From: Chiloscyllium plagiosum
Taxonomy: Eukaryota
DNA length: 37,735 nucleotides
Direction of reading: 5' to 3'
NCBI RefSeq assembly: GCF_004010195.1
Contig: NC_057749.1
Span: 19,587,689 to 19,625,423 of the forward strand
Positions 22,671 to 35,908 of the stretch are shown here, in pieces (the stretch's first letter is position 1; the number at the start of each line of letters is the position of its first letter). The notes below the pieces were generated by a model. It did not search any database and was not told the origin of the DNA. It worked only from the letters and a program-made list of their open reading frames with translations. The translations under genes were made by a program, and so were the position numbers.

Positions 22671-23769
22671 CTGCCTGTGATTAGGGAGTGGGGGATCTTC
22701 AGTCGGTATGTGTGGCTGGGGTTCTTTGGAGACAACTTTGGGGATGGAACACTCTAGAGCATTCCATCACTTCATGGCCCATCACAAAACCTATGAACTG
22801 CTGAGCCTTATCAGTTCTATCCTGTTTCTCTGGGCCTCTCTGTTCTGGAGTGGAGGTTGGGAGTCAGAGATTTTGCAGGTGAGGCTTTTGTTACTACACC
22901 TGCTGTGGTCTCTCACTACGATGATAGTCGGGACCAGTGATGTGAGCAGGGCCCAAATTGTTTACTTAAGGAAGGATTTCTTGCTATTGACCCAGTTGAT
23001 ACCTCAAAAGTACAGATTACAGTCAGGGCACAGAGGAGTAAATTGACTGTCTTTAATTTTAACAGCTTCTTGGTCACGTTTCCACCAGGTAGTTGGGGAG
23101 TTAAAATTGGGCCTTTTTATTTATTTATGTAGGTGATGTTGTAGAGTTTGTGCTGGCACATTGATTGTTTGACTGAGCATCATCTTGTCTCATGGATTTA
23201 TACTTTTTTTTTGTCCTTTAGAATCAACAGGGCAACAACTCTCTTAAAAAGGAACGTGTCTACATTTTGCCACTGCAACAGGAAATGTTGTCTTCAAGTA
23301 CAATATTTCAGGAAAGATGAGGTAATTCTGGCAGCAGGCATTGTGTGGTTGTCTTACAAAACTTTCCAGAGGTTCAGCCCCTGAAACGGAAGTTATTTTG
23401 ATATCTTTATGAACCAGTTCTGAACTAATAAAAACTGTCTATGGAGATTCTGTACTACAAGGTCAGTAAAGTATAGGAGAATTGGTGGTGTAATGGACTA
23501 GCAATTCAAAACCCCAAGCTAATGCTATCAGGACATGGATTTAAATTACAAGTCAACTAGTAGATCTGGAATTGAGGTTTTTTTTGCAATTTGACTGATG
23601 TTATTATCACACTGCCTCAAAGCCTCACAGTATAGCAGTGCAAGCTTAGGCACTTGGTTGTCAAAGAGCTGATAGAGCTGCTCTTCATAGAATTTTATCA
23701 CTTTTTTTATCCAGGTGGGTTTGCGCAATTCTGGCAACTGTTTTTACAGTGCCAGTGAGGTATTGGGGT

Positions 23770-23903
23770 AAATTAGTTTAAATTAGAATTGTATTCTTTA
23801 ATACATTGAAAATTGTCCTCTCTGAATTTGAATCTGGATTTGGATGTGGTGCTGGAGGGTTGGAAAGTTGCAAACATTACATCCTTGTTCAAATCAGCTT
23901 GTA
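23770..23903 (+). mobile_element. CR1 ORF2 fragment, left half of the host split by the L1 nest
   Basis: VLEGWKVANITSLFK continues after 34995 as (K)GCK...SNYRLV...VGKLLET. Confidence 0.8.
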
Positions 23904-25163
23904 GAGTTTCAAGATGGCGGCAACCCACCAGGTCTGAGTCTGCACAGCTCTGCCCAAGACTCAGGCAAAGTGAGGTGGCCACTCACAGCTCACCTCTTAA
24001 ATTACTTAAAATAGCTTTTGCCCAGCACTCTTGGCCATTTTGTACCAAACTTTAACAGTTTGGTACTTTTTAAAATGACTAAGGACAAAAGCTCCTGTAG
24101 TTCGCAACAGGCAGGGACCCCTCCTCCCCCCTCCCACAGCAGCAGAGACATCCGCGGCCACCTGGGGGGACATACCTGCAGAGGCGAGCCTGATCTTGGA
24201 GTTTGTGAAACTCCAAGAGAAGACCGATGCGTCCATCGAGGAGACCCGGTCCAGGCAAAAGCATGACCCAGAGATCGAGAAACTCGGGCAGCGTGTTGGA
24301 GGGACGGAGTAATGGGCCGTGGCGTCGGAGACTGCTGCTGAATCATCCGTGGGTCAGGTCCCGGCTCTGGACCGGCAAGTCCAGACCCTAGAGAAGCATA
24401 TCAACGACCTCAAAAATCGAGGTCATCAGAAAAATATTCAGTTGCTGGGCCTCTCCGAATGAGAGGAGGAAGGCCACCTTGTGGATTTCCTGGAGCAATG
24501 GCTCCCACAACTACTGAAATTGGAGTCGGAGCTGGGCCGAGTGCGGATTGAGCGGGCCCACTGGTTTGCTGTGCGCAGGCCTGGATCGGATCAAAGCCCC
24601 CGTCCGGTTCTAGTTCGACTTCAATGTTACAGGGAAAAACAAATGCTGCTGGAGGCCTCCAGAGTCTTGGGGAAGGATCCCCATGCCATGATGTACAAGG
24701 GCTCCGAGATAATGTTGTTTCAGGACTTCTCCCTGGTTGTGGTCTGCAAGAAGAGGGCATTTGACAAGGCGAAGAAGCGTCGGAAAGATTTTTTTTATAT
24801 AGATATTTTTATTGAAAATTTAACATGTTTTTAGAAGTTTTCAAATAAAAAAAATGCAAGTACAAACACTAATATACAATTAAATCTTAAATAAATAATA
24901 GCCAAAACCTGTCAAACAAAAAGAAGAGATACAGAGAAGAAAAGAAAAAGACAAAACTCAACTAACTACTAATCTAACCTATAACTAACCAGAGTGTATG
25001 ATCATATATCTTACATTACTCAAGAGAAAAAAGAAGGATAACATAGTAATTAAGTAGTGAAGTACATGCTTGGAATGAGTTAACATCGAGTCATAATAAA
25101 ATCCGTATTCATGCGGGATTCCTCTCCCAAGGGGCCCCGGATCAGCCAGAACCATTACCTCAA

Positions 25164-28100
25164 CTAGATGAAAGCCCTTGATAGAATAGCCGAAATATAT
25201 GTATCTATGTAATTCAAAAAGGGCTGCCATATTTTATAGAATAATTCCGTTTTTTGGTGCACCATATTTGTAAGGAAGTCAAGGGGAATACATTCCATGA
25301 TTAATTTGTGCCAATTCGGAAGTCCTGACGGGCCCTCAGCCACCCAGTTTACTAAGATGTTTTTCCTTGCACAGAAGGAGAGAATGGAAAATAACTTCCT
25401 CCCATGCACATCCAGAGAAAGTAAGCTCGAGAAGCCCAGGAGAAGAGATACTGGATCTACTGTAATTTCCGTTCCCAAGATTTCTGTCAGGACGTTTACT
25501 CTTTGGCCCAGTATTTGCAGATCTTATGGCATGTCCATAAACAGTGTGTAAGAATGCCCACCTCTGTTTTACATTTGGGACACATTGGAGATGCTCCTGC
25601 CCTAAATTTTGCCAATCATTCCGGTGCCATATGGGCCCTATGAAGTATCTTTAACTGAATGGCCTGGGTTCTGTTACAAATGGAGCATTTTCCCAGATGT
25701 CATTCCACATTTCTATAGAAATTTCCAGCCCCAAATCCTGATCCCATGTTCTAAGCAGATGGTCCATATCTTCCGACACTTCATCATGTAATAAATGATA
25801 AAGAGTGCTGACCGAGTACACCCATTGGACACAACACTCTACATTCTTTATCTGCTTTATAGAGACTATCTAATAGCGTAGTCTTCTGTATGTAATCTCG
25901 AATTTGGAAGTATCGACAGAGGTCTCCATTAGGTAATCCAAATTTCTGATGCAGATGTTCAAAAGAGGACCCCCTCTTCAAACAGATCCCCTAAACAGGA
26001 GATACCCTTGGATCTCCAGGATTTGAATGTGGCATCTGTGAGCCTTGGTTGAAAACCCCATGCCTCCACTATAGGAGTATAGGGGGATGTTTTATATGAA
26101 TTAGCCTCGTTTTGCCGCATTATATTCCAAGCTTTAATTGTGTTTAGTACTATAGGGTTTTTACAGTGGTCCGTAATGATTTTCATCTTATCTAAAAATA
26201 AGCGGGCACTTTATTTGAGAAGCCTCAATGTCCATCCAGATTGATTGCGGGTCAGACGAGACCCAATCTGCTACATAGCTTAACAAGGAACTTAACTGAT
26301 ACTTCCTAAAGTCTGGAAAATCCAGCCATCCCCTTGCCTGTGGAAGCTGTAGCTTCCTTAACTTAATGAGGGGCTGTCTATGATTCCAGATGAAAGAATC
26401 CAGCCAACCGTACAATTTGCGCAGTGCCGGCCTCAGCAGCATCACTGGGAGCATTCTCAGAGGGTATAAGAGACAGGGCAAGACATTCATTTTAATCAGG
26501 GCTATTCCACCTAGCCAGGAAATTGGAAGGTCTCCCCAGCGTTGAAGGTCCTGCCTTAACCTTTCCAATGGATGCATAAAATTGGCCTGGTATAGCTGGC
26601 CAAATATTGGGGTGATAAAAATACCTAAGTATAAGAAACCCTCCAGAGACCAGCGAAAGGGGAAGTGGGATCAGTCCAATAAGTGGGACATACTAGTGAG
26701 GCCACCCATCGGCATGGCCTCCGATTTTGAAAAATTAACTTTGTAGCCTGAAAATGCACTAAATGTATTAATAACTTGGATTAAACAAGGCACGGACATC
26801 AGAGGACTACTAAGAAAAAGGAGAACATCATCTGCATATAGGGCAATTTTATGTTTACCTGTACCAACCCTCGGGGCCGTTATATTAGAGTCAGCCCATA
26901 TAGCTTCCGCTAGTGGCTCAATTGGAACAGTGAGAGACGACATCCCTGACAGGAGCCCCTACTCACGCTGAAGCTATCCGGGCCTAATCCATTGATGATC
27001 ACAACTGCTTTGGGATCATTATACAGTGTTGAGACCCATTTGGCAAATATCTTTCTAACGCCAAACCTTTCCAATGTATAGAATAGGTATGACCATTCAA
27101 CCCTGTCGAATGCCTTTTCCGCGTCCAATGAGACTACTATTCCTGGTATTTTTTCCTGATGACAGACTTGAATCACATTCAAGGCCCTTCTAATATTATT
27201 TGATGATCTACGGCCCTTGATAAACCCCTTCTGATCCTCTTTTATGATATATGGCAGTACCCTCTCTAGCCTCAATGCTAATGTTTTAGAAAGAATTTTA
27301 AAATCTACATTTAGCAAGGATATTGGTCTGTATGATGCGCAATCTTCTGGGTCCTTTTCTTTTTTGAGAATAAGGGAGATATTCACCTCTTTCAGTGAAG
27401 GCGGGAGGTAGCCCTGACTATATGAGTAGTTATACATGTCCATAAGTGGGCCGGCTAATACTCCTGTAAACTCTTTGTAAAATTCAATCTGAAAGCCATC
27501 TGGGCCAGGTGTCTTACCACTCTGAAGTTGCCTGATTGCATCAAGTATTTCCTGGGTTGTTAGGGGAGCATTCAGGACCGATACCTTTTCCGGGGTTAAG
27601 TCCGGAAAGGCCAGGCTTTTAAAAAAGGACTGCATTCTCCTGGATCTATCTTCACAATCATGCGATTTATATAAATCAGAATAAAACTTTCTGAAGATTG
27701 TGTTGATCCTTTTGTGATCATGAGTCAGAGTACCAGCACTTTCCCTGTTAGCCATGATAGCTTGAGGGGCCTTTTTTTTCCTTGCGAGAAATGCTAAGTA
27801 TCTACCAGATTTATCGCCAAATTCATATAACTTTTGTTTTGCAAATAATATTTCCCTCTTTGCCATTTGGGTGAACGCAGTATTCAGAGCTGTCCTAAGG
27901 GCCGTAATCCTATGTAATTTGGCAATAGAAGGTCTGTCAACGTATGCTGTTTCAGCTGCTTTTAAGCGAGCCTCAAGTAGACGCTGTTGTTCGCCCTTTA
28001 ATTTTTTCTGGGTCGCGGAGTATGAAATGATCAGACCTCGCGCATAAGCTTTAATTGTCTCCCACATCATTGACGGATTACTAGCTGTACCTGAATTAAT

Positions 28101-28908
28101 TTCCAAGAAAGTTTTAAATTCTTGAGAAAAATATTTTACAAATTTGCTATCCTTCATTAAGAAGGAATCCATACGCCAATGTCAGGGGGATGCCTCTTTG
28201 TTCCCAGCCTTGATTTCCATATACACAGCAGCGTTATCAGAAGTTATTATATTACCTATTTTACAGGATGATATGGAATTTTAAAAAGTTGAGGAGGCAA
28301 AAAGCATGTCAACTCTAGTGTGACATTTGTGTGGATTAGAGTAAAAAGAGAAATCTCTGCATTGTGGGTGGAGGCACCTCCACGCATCTACTAATCCTAA
28401 TTCTTTATTCAAATCCGCCAACTGTCTGGATCTGGGGGATACACCCGCAGTAGCCTTGGGTATCCTGTCTATTTTTGGGTCCATAATGCAATTAAAGTGT
28501 CCCCCTATAATTGTATGACGAGCACCAAGAGCCATCAGTTTGGAGAAGACTTCCATTATAAATTTGAAAGGATGCGCCGGGGGACAATACAGATTTAAAA
28601 TCCCATATTCCTCTCCATTTATAAGGGCTTTAATTAGTTTATATCGTCCAGATTCATCTTTTATCTGACTTAGGATTTTGAAAGGGAGATTCTTCCGAAT
28701 AAGATTTTCAGCTGAAGGAAGAAAAGAAGACCTGATCAAATCCACCCTGTTGTAATTTCAAATATTCTTTATCCTATAAGTGTGTCTCCTGTAGGAGAGC
28801 TATATCAACCCTTTCTTTTTTGAGGTTTGATAATATTTTCTTCCTTTTGATTGGTGAATTACTCCCCTTGACATTCCAGGTGCACCATTTAATCAAATGA
28901 CTAACCAT
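25164..28908 (-). pseudogene. L1 ORF2 (APE endonuclease, RT, CCHC), frameshifted
   Basis: TWNVKG...LLQETHL, PGPDGF, YRPISLLNVDFKIL, SLDAEKAFDRVEW, LYADD, CPKC...HCLWTC; split over several ORF-track frames. Confidence 0.93.
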
Positions 28909-29611
28909 AACCGTCCAGGCAAGTCCGAGACCCCCCAGGAGGAAAAACCCCATCCAAAACACCCTGAGCATCGACCATAGAAAATTCACAAAAATAGAGA
29001 TTCTTTAATACACTCACACCAATATAATAAAAAACTATTTCTAAATAGATAAAACATATTTAAACGGAGATTTTCCCCCTTGTTTCCAGGGGGCATCACT
29101 TCCTTTCCAAAAACCCATCATATCCTCTCCCAACCAGTGCCCCACCCTCGACCAAGGCACCCCATAATAAAATAAAGAAAATTCAAGTGTACTACAAAGC
29201 TAAAGTTAACAGTGAGTATCCTACCACCCCCCCACCCCATCCACACCAACACCTAGATATATTGGGTGATGTTAATACCACATATAAACAAATAAAACTA
29301 TAAAATTACAGTCTCAGCAGATAATAATTAATTATAGTAATACAAAGTAACGGGGGAAACAACCCTGCTTTAAAAGAAAGAGAAAAAATAAGACAAGGCA
29401 GAGACCCCTCCTCACCTAAATCGACTAGACCACCCGGCCTATATATATTTTTTAAAAAAGGGGAAAATCACAGAGTGGAAAGCAAATAAGCTCCCCTCCC
29501 TACCCCCCGAAGATAATATTAGCAATAAAGTAATAAAAGAGAAAAAAGAGTGAACCGGGGAAGGGGGAGGGCAGAACAACATCATTCACCACACGACTTA
29601 ACTCTTACAAT

Positions 29612-30448
29612 TTATCTAAGAGAGTCCAAAAATTCCTTGGCCATCTCCGGCAATCTGAAGTTATACACAGACCCTTCATGGCTAAAACGTAGCGTCGCTG
29701 GGCGGCGCAGGAAGTACTGAATGTTTAAATCCCTTAAACGCTTCTACCTTTCCTCAAACGCCCTCCTCTTTCAGACCAGAGCTGGGGAAAAGTCCTGAAA
29801 TAGCATAATCTTAGATCCTTTGTAAGTCATGCTTGGGGATCTTTCCTGAGATTTCTGGAAGCTTCTAGGAGCATCTGCTTCTCCTTGTAGCACTGCAGCC
29901 GGAATAGGACCGGGCGGGGGCGCTGGTCCAAGCCGGGCCTGCGTATTGCAACCCGGTGGGCCCATTCTACCCTTACCTGGCCTGATCCAGCCTCCAGATT
30001 CAATAACTGCGGAAGCCACTGTTCCAGAAACGTAAGCTGGCCTTCCTCTTCCCGTTCGGGAAGGCCCAGCAAACGAATATTTTTTCAATGACCTCGTGAA
30101 TTGAGGTTGTCGAAGTGATCTTCGAAGGCCTGGACTCACTGTTTGAGAGTCCGGACCCAACCCACGGCCGATTCTGCAGCAGCCTCGGAGGTCGCGGCCT
30201 TTAGCTCCGCCCCTCCGACTTGATGTTCGATGTTTTTCTATGTCTCAGTCGTGCTGCAGAAGCACGACCGACAACGATTGCCATCTGTTCCTGGACTCTT
30301 CTATGAAGGTGTTGATCTTCGCTTCAAGCTTGGAAATCACCATAGCTAAGTCCCCCGGGGCGGCTGTGGATCCCTCTGCTGCAACTGCGGAGCGTGAGGG
30401 AGGGGTTCCTATGTGCTACGAGCTGCGGGCATTCTTTCCTTTAGTCAT
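29612..30448 (-). pseudogene. L1 ORF1 (coiled coil/RRM/CTD), disrupted
   Basis: LGLPEREE...VRVEWAHRV...PRPVLFRLQCYKEKQ; KIMLFQDFS. Confidence 0.85.
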
Positions 30449-32057
30449 TCTTTCCTTTAGTCATTGCTCAAGTTTGGTGCAAAATAACTAGCTGTATTAA
30501 ATAAAAGCTATTTTAAATGATTTGGCAGGTATGGTGGAGGCAGTCAGCCCACTTTGTCTGAGTCTTGGGCAGAGCACTACAGACTCAGACCTGCTGGGTC
30601 GCCGCCATCTTGGATCTTGTCTGAAAGACTTAAATATTCGATATTCTATGCGATATTCAGTCGTGGAGGATCTGTATATAACTTTGGATCACGAGAGAAA
30701 GTAAAAGAATTCCTGGATGCTCTCAAATAGACTACGGGACTCGAACTGTATGGATAACGACTTTATTTTGCCCCCCCCTTTGTCTATCCTTCTTTCTTTC
30801 TCCATCTTTCTTTTGTCCATCTTTCCCTGGGGGGTGGACGGGCTTGTTCCTTATTCTTTCTTTGGTCTCTTATCTATAGCTCTTTGATTATTGGGGGATG
30901 TTTCTGAGTGGGGTTTTCTTTCTTTTTTCTTTATTTAGTTGCTTAATACTTGCTGGGATTGTAATTTTGTAATCTTACATATTTCTATCTTGTGTTGTTT
31001 TGTTAAACGTATCTAGGTGATAGTGTAGGGTCACCTACTTTTAACTCCTGTTTTATAAGATAATATAACTATTTCTGATCGTGCTGCAGTATACATGGAA
31101 GTTAAGATTAGGGATGATGGGATAGGTCCCCGACATTAGCGTATGGACCCTTTCTTATTGAAGGATAGCAAGTTCAAAAATATTTCTCACAGGAATTTAA
31201 AACCTTCTGGTATATCAATTCAGGCACAGTCGGTAACCCTTCGACGAAGTGGGAGACTGCTAAGGCATACGCATGAGGCTTGGTTATCTCATATTCTGCG
31301 ACCCGGAAAAAACAAAAGGGTGAGCAACAGCATCTGCTCGAGGCTCGACTGAAGGCAGCTGAAACTGCATATGTCGATAGGCCCTCCATTACTAAGCTAC
31401 AGAGGATCACAGCCCTTAGCGCAGCCTTGAATACCGCACTGACTCAAACAGCAAAGAGGGAGATATTATTCGCGAAGCAGAGATTATTTGAATACGATGA
31501 CAAGCCTAGCAGGTATCTAGCGTACCTTGCCAGAAAGAAAAAGGCTTCCCAAGCCATTACGGCTATTAGAGAGAGTGCTGGTACCCTGACTTGTAATTGT
31601 AAAAAGATCAATGCAGCATTTAGAAAGTTCTATTTTGAATTGTATAAGTCGCAGGACTGTGAGGATTGAGGATAGAACTAGGAAGATGGAGTCTTTCTTT
31701 AAAAATCTGACCCTCCCAGGCCTAACCTCGGAGCAGGTGTCATTCTTGAATGCCCCCTGACAACCCAGGAAGTACAGGAGGCAGTGAAGCACCTTCAGAG
31801 TAGCAAAGCACCTGGACCAGACGGATTCCAGGCTGAGTTCTATAAAGCATTTATTAGGGAACTGGCTGGGCCACTCATAAATATGCATAACTATTCGCAG
31901 TCAGGGCTGCCTCCTGCCTTCGTTGAGAGAAGCAAATATTTCTCTCATTCTTAAGAAGGGGAAGGCCCCAGAAGACTGCTCTTCATATAGAGCCATATCC
32001 TTGTTAAGTGTAGATTTTAAAATTCTTTCAAAAATGTTAGCATTAAGACTGGGGAGG

Positions 32058-32570
32058 GTCATAGAGTCATAGAGATGTACAGCATGGAAACAGACCCCTT
32101 CGATCCAACCCGTCCATACCGACCAGATATCCCAACCCAATCTGGTCCACCTGCCAGCACCCGGCCCATATCCCTCCAAACCCTTCCTATTCATATACCC
32201 ATCCAAATGCCTCCTAAACGTTGCAATTGTACCAGCCTCCACCACTTCCTCTGGCAGCTCATTCTCTGCGTGAAAAAGTTGCCCCTTAGGTCTCTTTTAT
32301 ATCTTTCACCTCTCACCCTAAACCTATGCCCTCTAGTTCTGGATTCCCCGACCCCAGGGAAAAAGCTTTGCCTATTTATCCATCCATGCCCCTCATAATT
32401 TTGTAAACCTCTATAAGGTCACCCCTCAGTCTCCGACACTCCAGGGAAAACAGCCCCAGCCCGTTCAGCCTCTCCCTCCAACCCTGGCAACGTCCTTGTA
32501 AATCTTTTCTGACCCTTTCAAGTTTCACAACATCTTTCCGCTAGGAAGGAGACCAGAATTGCATGCAATA
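32058..32570 (-). mobile_element. 5'-truncated CR1 inserted into the RT of the + strand L1
   Basis: GTCATAGA repeat tail at 32058; VEAGTIATFRRHLDGYMNRKG; L1 frame reads ALRLGRV before it and IKEDQTGFIKG after it. Confidence 0.9.
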
Positions 32571-34994
32571 AAAGAGGACCAGACAGGGTTTATAAAGGGT
32601 GGCAAGTCAACTAGTAACATTAGAAGAGTCTTAAATATGGCATAAGCCTGCCAGCAGGGAGCGATACCGGGTTTCGTTGTCTCCCGAGATGCAGAGAAGG
32701 CATTTGATCAGGTAGAACGGCCATATCTTTACGATATACTGGAACGGTTTGGTGTTAGAGAGGTCTTTACTAAATGGGTTTCAGTATTATATAATGATCC
32801 CAAAGCAGCAGTAATTACCAACGGTTTAAGTTCGGATAGCTTTAGCGTTGGCAGAGGCTGTCGCCAGGGATGTCCTCTCTCACCATTATTATTTACACTA
32901 GTGATTGAACCACTAGCGGAAGCTATACGAACTAACCCTAATATAACGGCTCCGAGGGTTGGATCGGGCAAGCACAAAATTACTGTCTATGCAGATGATG
33001 TCCTCCTTTTCTTAAGTGATCCTTTGACATCTGTGCCCCGCTTAATTCAAGTGGTCAGTTTACTTGGTATGTTTTCAAGTTACAAAATCAATTTAGTGAA
33101 ATCGGAGGCCATGCCATTGGGAGGCCTTGCCAGTATATCCAATTTTCCAGACAGATCTTGTTTTTCCTTTCAGTGGTCACTAGAAGGTTTTCTATACTTG
33201 GGTATTTTTATCATTTCGGTATTTGGTCAGCTATATAAAGTCAATTATACACAATTATTACAGAATATAAGGCAGGACCATCAACACCAGGGAGATCTCC
33301 CAATATCTTGGCTAGGCAGAGTAGCCTTAGTTAAGATGAATATTCTACCTCACCTTTCATATCCTATGAGAATGCTCCCCTTGATGCTGCCGAGACAGGC
33401 GGTGCATAAGCTTTACAGATGGCTCGGCTCCTTTATTTGGAATCATAGACGGCCCCTTATCAAATTAGAAAAGCTGCAGCTTCCACAAGTAAGGGGTGGG
33501 CTGGACTTTGTACCAATTGAGTTCCCTATTATCTTATGTAGCTGATTGGGTCACTTGTGACCCACAATCAATCTGGTTAGATATTGAGACTTCCCAAGCA
33601 AGATGTCCCCTCATCAATCTACTATTTATGGACAAGATGAGAGTTATTACGGACTATTGTAAAAAACCCATTATATTAAGTACAATCAAAGCCTGGAGGA
33701 TAATGCGACAAGATGAGGGTAACCTGCAAAAAACCTCCCCTTATATCCGCATAGTGGGAACATTGGGATTCCAGCCAGAGCTGACCGATGCTGCGTTCAA
33801 AACTTGGTAGTCCAGAGGTATCTCCTGTTTGGGAGATCTGTTCGATGGGGAGGTCGTGATGTCCTTTGAGCAGCTGCACCAGAAGTTTGGACTGCCCAGC
33901 AAGGACCTCTTTCAGTCTTTTCAAATACGAGACTTTATACAAAAGAAGACCACACTGATAGTCCATCCTTATAAATCAGATAGGGAAAGGAGTGCGCTTT
34001 AACTGAAGAGGCCGCCCTTGGTCAGTACTCTCTACCACTCACTATGCAATAAGGAATCGAAGAACGTGGAACGGTTATATAAAACCTGAAATGAAGAATT
34101 AAGGTTGGAAATCTCTTCAGAAATGTGGGACGACACCTGAGAAAATGCCAGGAAGATCTCTATCTGTAACAGAACTCGGGCTACCCAATTGAAGATACTT
34201 CATAGGGCTCACAATGGCACCTGAATGACTCGCAAAGTTCAAGGCAGGAGCATCCCCAATATGTCCTAAATGCAAAATTGAAGTTGGTACTCTCACGCAT
34301 TGTCTGTGGACATGCCATAAGATCCGCAGGTATTGGTACAGAGTAGCGAATGCCTTGACAAACGTTTTGGGTACGGAGGTTGGGTATGGAGTCCCTACTT
34401 TCGGGCTCCCCAAATTTTCCCTCTCTGGACATATATGGGCGGAAATTATTTACTATCCTTTTGTGAGGAAAAATATTTTAGTGAATTGGGTATCCAAAGG
34501 TCCCCCAGGACTTTCAAATTGGCACAGGATAGTCATGGAATATATCCCCCTTGACTTCCTCACGAATATGGTGCGCCAAAAAACGGAATTATTTTATAGA
34601 ACATGGCAGCCCTTTTTTGAACTGCACCGACACAGATATTTCGGCCATGTTGTCCAGGGCTTTTGCTTAGCCATGGTCATGGTTCCAGCTGATTTGGGGG
34701 CCCCCCGGGAGGAGGTATCCCGTATAAATACGGGTTTTGTTATGACTTGATATAAGTCTATTTTGAGTGTGTATCTAGTTATTTATTTACCTTTTTGTTC
34801 ATTGTTAATAATGTATGATATCATATTTTATGTTGTGGTCATTTGTAGAATAGATTAGTAGTTAGTTTTTTTTATTTTACTTTGGTATTGTTATTATATC
34901 GTAAAGTGGAATGCACTAGTTTGTATTATTTTTGTAAGTTTGTAAAAAATCTTAAAAGTCTTCTTTTTCAATAAAAATATCCAAATAAAAAAAA

Positions 34995-35908
34995 CAGGTT
35001 GTAAATAAAGCCACAGCAATTATAGACTGGTCACTTATAAATGGTGGGGAAACTTCTGGAGACAATGTTTTGGTTGGAATTAATAGTCTGAAATATGTAG
35101 ATTAATTGGAAGAGTCCACATAGATTTGTTCAGGGAAAATTGCATCCAACTAACTTACTGAAGCGTTTAGAAGAGGGTTGCTGTGGTGTACACAGACTCA
35201 CAAAAGGTGTTTGATATAATGCCATACAATAGACTTGAGGAAAGCATAGGTCATAGAATAAAAGGGACAGTAGTAATGATACAAAACTGGCTGAGAGCTA
35301 GGGAAGGTACTTAATGGAATTTGTTTTGGGCTGGAGGAAGTTAGGATTTTCCCAGGTGTTAGCATTGGGACTCTTGTTTTACCTGGTACATATTAATTAT
35401 CTAGATCTTGCCATACAGGGGACAATTTTATAGTTTGTGGATGATATAAATCTTTGAGAATTTGAAAATTGTGAGGAGGAATAGTGTAAAACTGCAAAAG
35501 GACGTTGACAAGTTGGTGGAATGAATGGAAAAGTGGCAGATGAAGTTCAATTTATAGAAATGTGAAGTGATATACTTGGTTACAAAGAACACGAAGAGAC
35601 AATGTAAAATAAAGGGTAGTATTCTAAAGGGTGTGCAGGAGCAGAGGAACAAGGGTACATGAGTCACTAAAGGTGGCAGAACAGGGAGAGTGAGCTATTA
35701 ATAAAGTACTATAATAACAATAATAATAATACAGTAATCTAGGCTTCATTAACCAGGATATTGATTATAAGAGCAAGGAAATGGTGCTGAACTCATTAGA
35801 CCCCAGATACAGCATTGATTATACTTCTGTATTGTATTCACAATAGTCCTGAATATAGGAATATGAACTCATCACAGAGAGTGCAGAAGAAGTTTAAGAG
35901 AACGGTTC
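34995..35908 (+). mobile_element. Degenerate CR1 RT fragment, right half of the split host
   Basis: SNYRLV, FVDDI, KWQMKFNL.KCEVI, RVQKKFKRTV motifs. Confidence 0.8.

Larger units (their letters stand above)
24789..30618 (-). mobile_element. Near full-length L1-clade LINE inserted antisense into ORF1 of the + strand L1
   Basis: PolyA as a T run at 24789; ORF2 28908-25164; ORF1 about 30448-29612; 5'UTR starting GATCCAAGATGGCGG; TSD GTC(G/T)GAAAGA at 24779-24788 and 30619-30628. Confidence 0.93.
23904..34994 (+). mobile_element. L1-clade LINE (5'UTR, ORF1, EN-deleted ORF2, polyA), split by two insertions
   Basis: ORF1 from about 24076 (IERAH...PRPVLVRL...LFQDFS) breaks at 24788, resumes at 30619 and stops at 30730. 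ORF2 pieces 31060-34670 include YADD near 32988-32999 and CPKC...THCLWTC. AATAAA at 34970 then an A tail. TSD CAG(C/G)TTGTA at 23895-23903 and 34995-35003. Confidence 0.9.

Noticed and set aside
22949..23114. Possible small MITE with GGCCCAA...TTGGGCC ends
   Set aside because: The inverted match is short and there is no target-site duplication.
23485..23575. Possible DeuSINE/SacSINE1-like tRNA head fragment
   Set aside because: Too degenerate to call confidently by eye.
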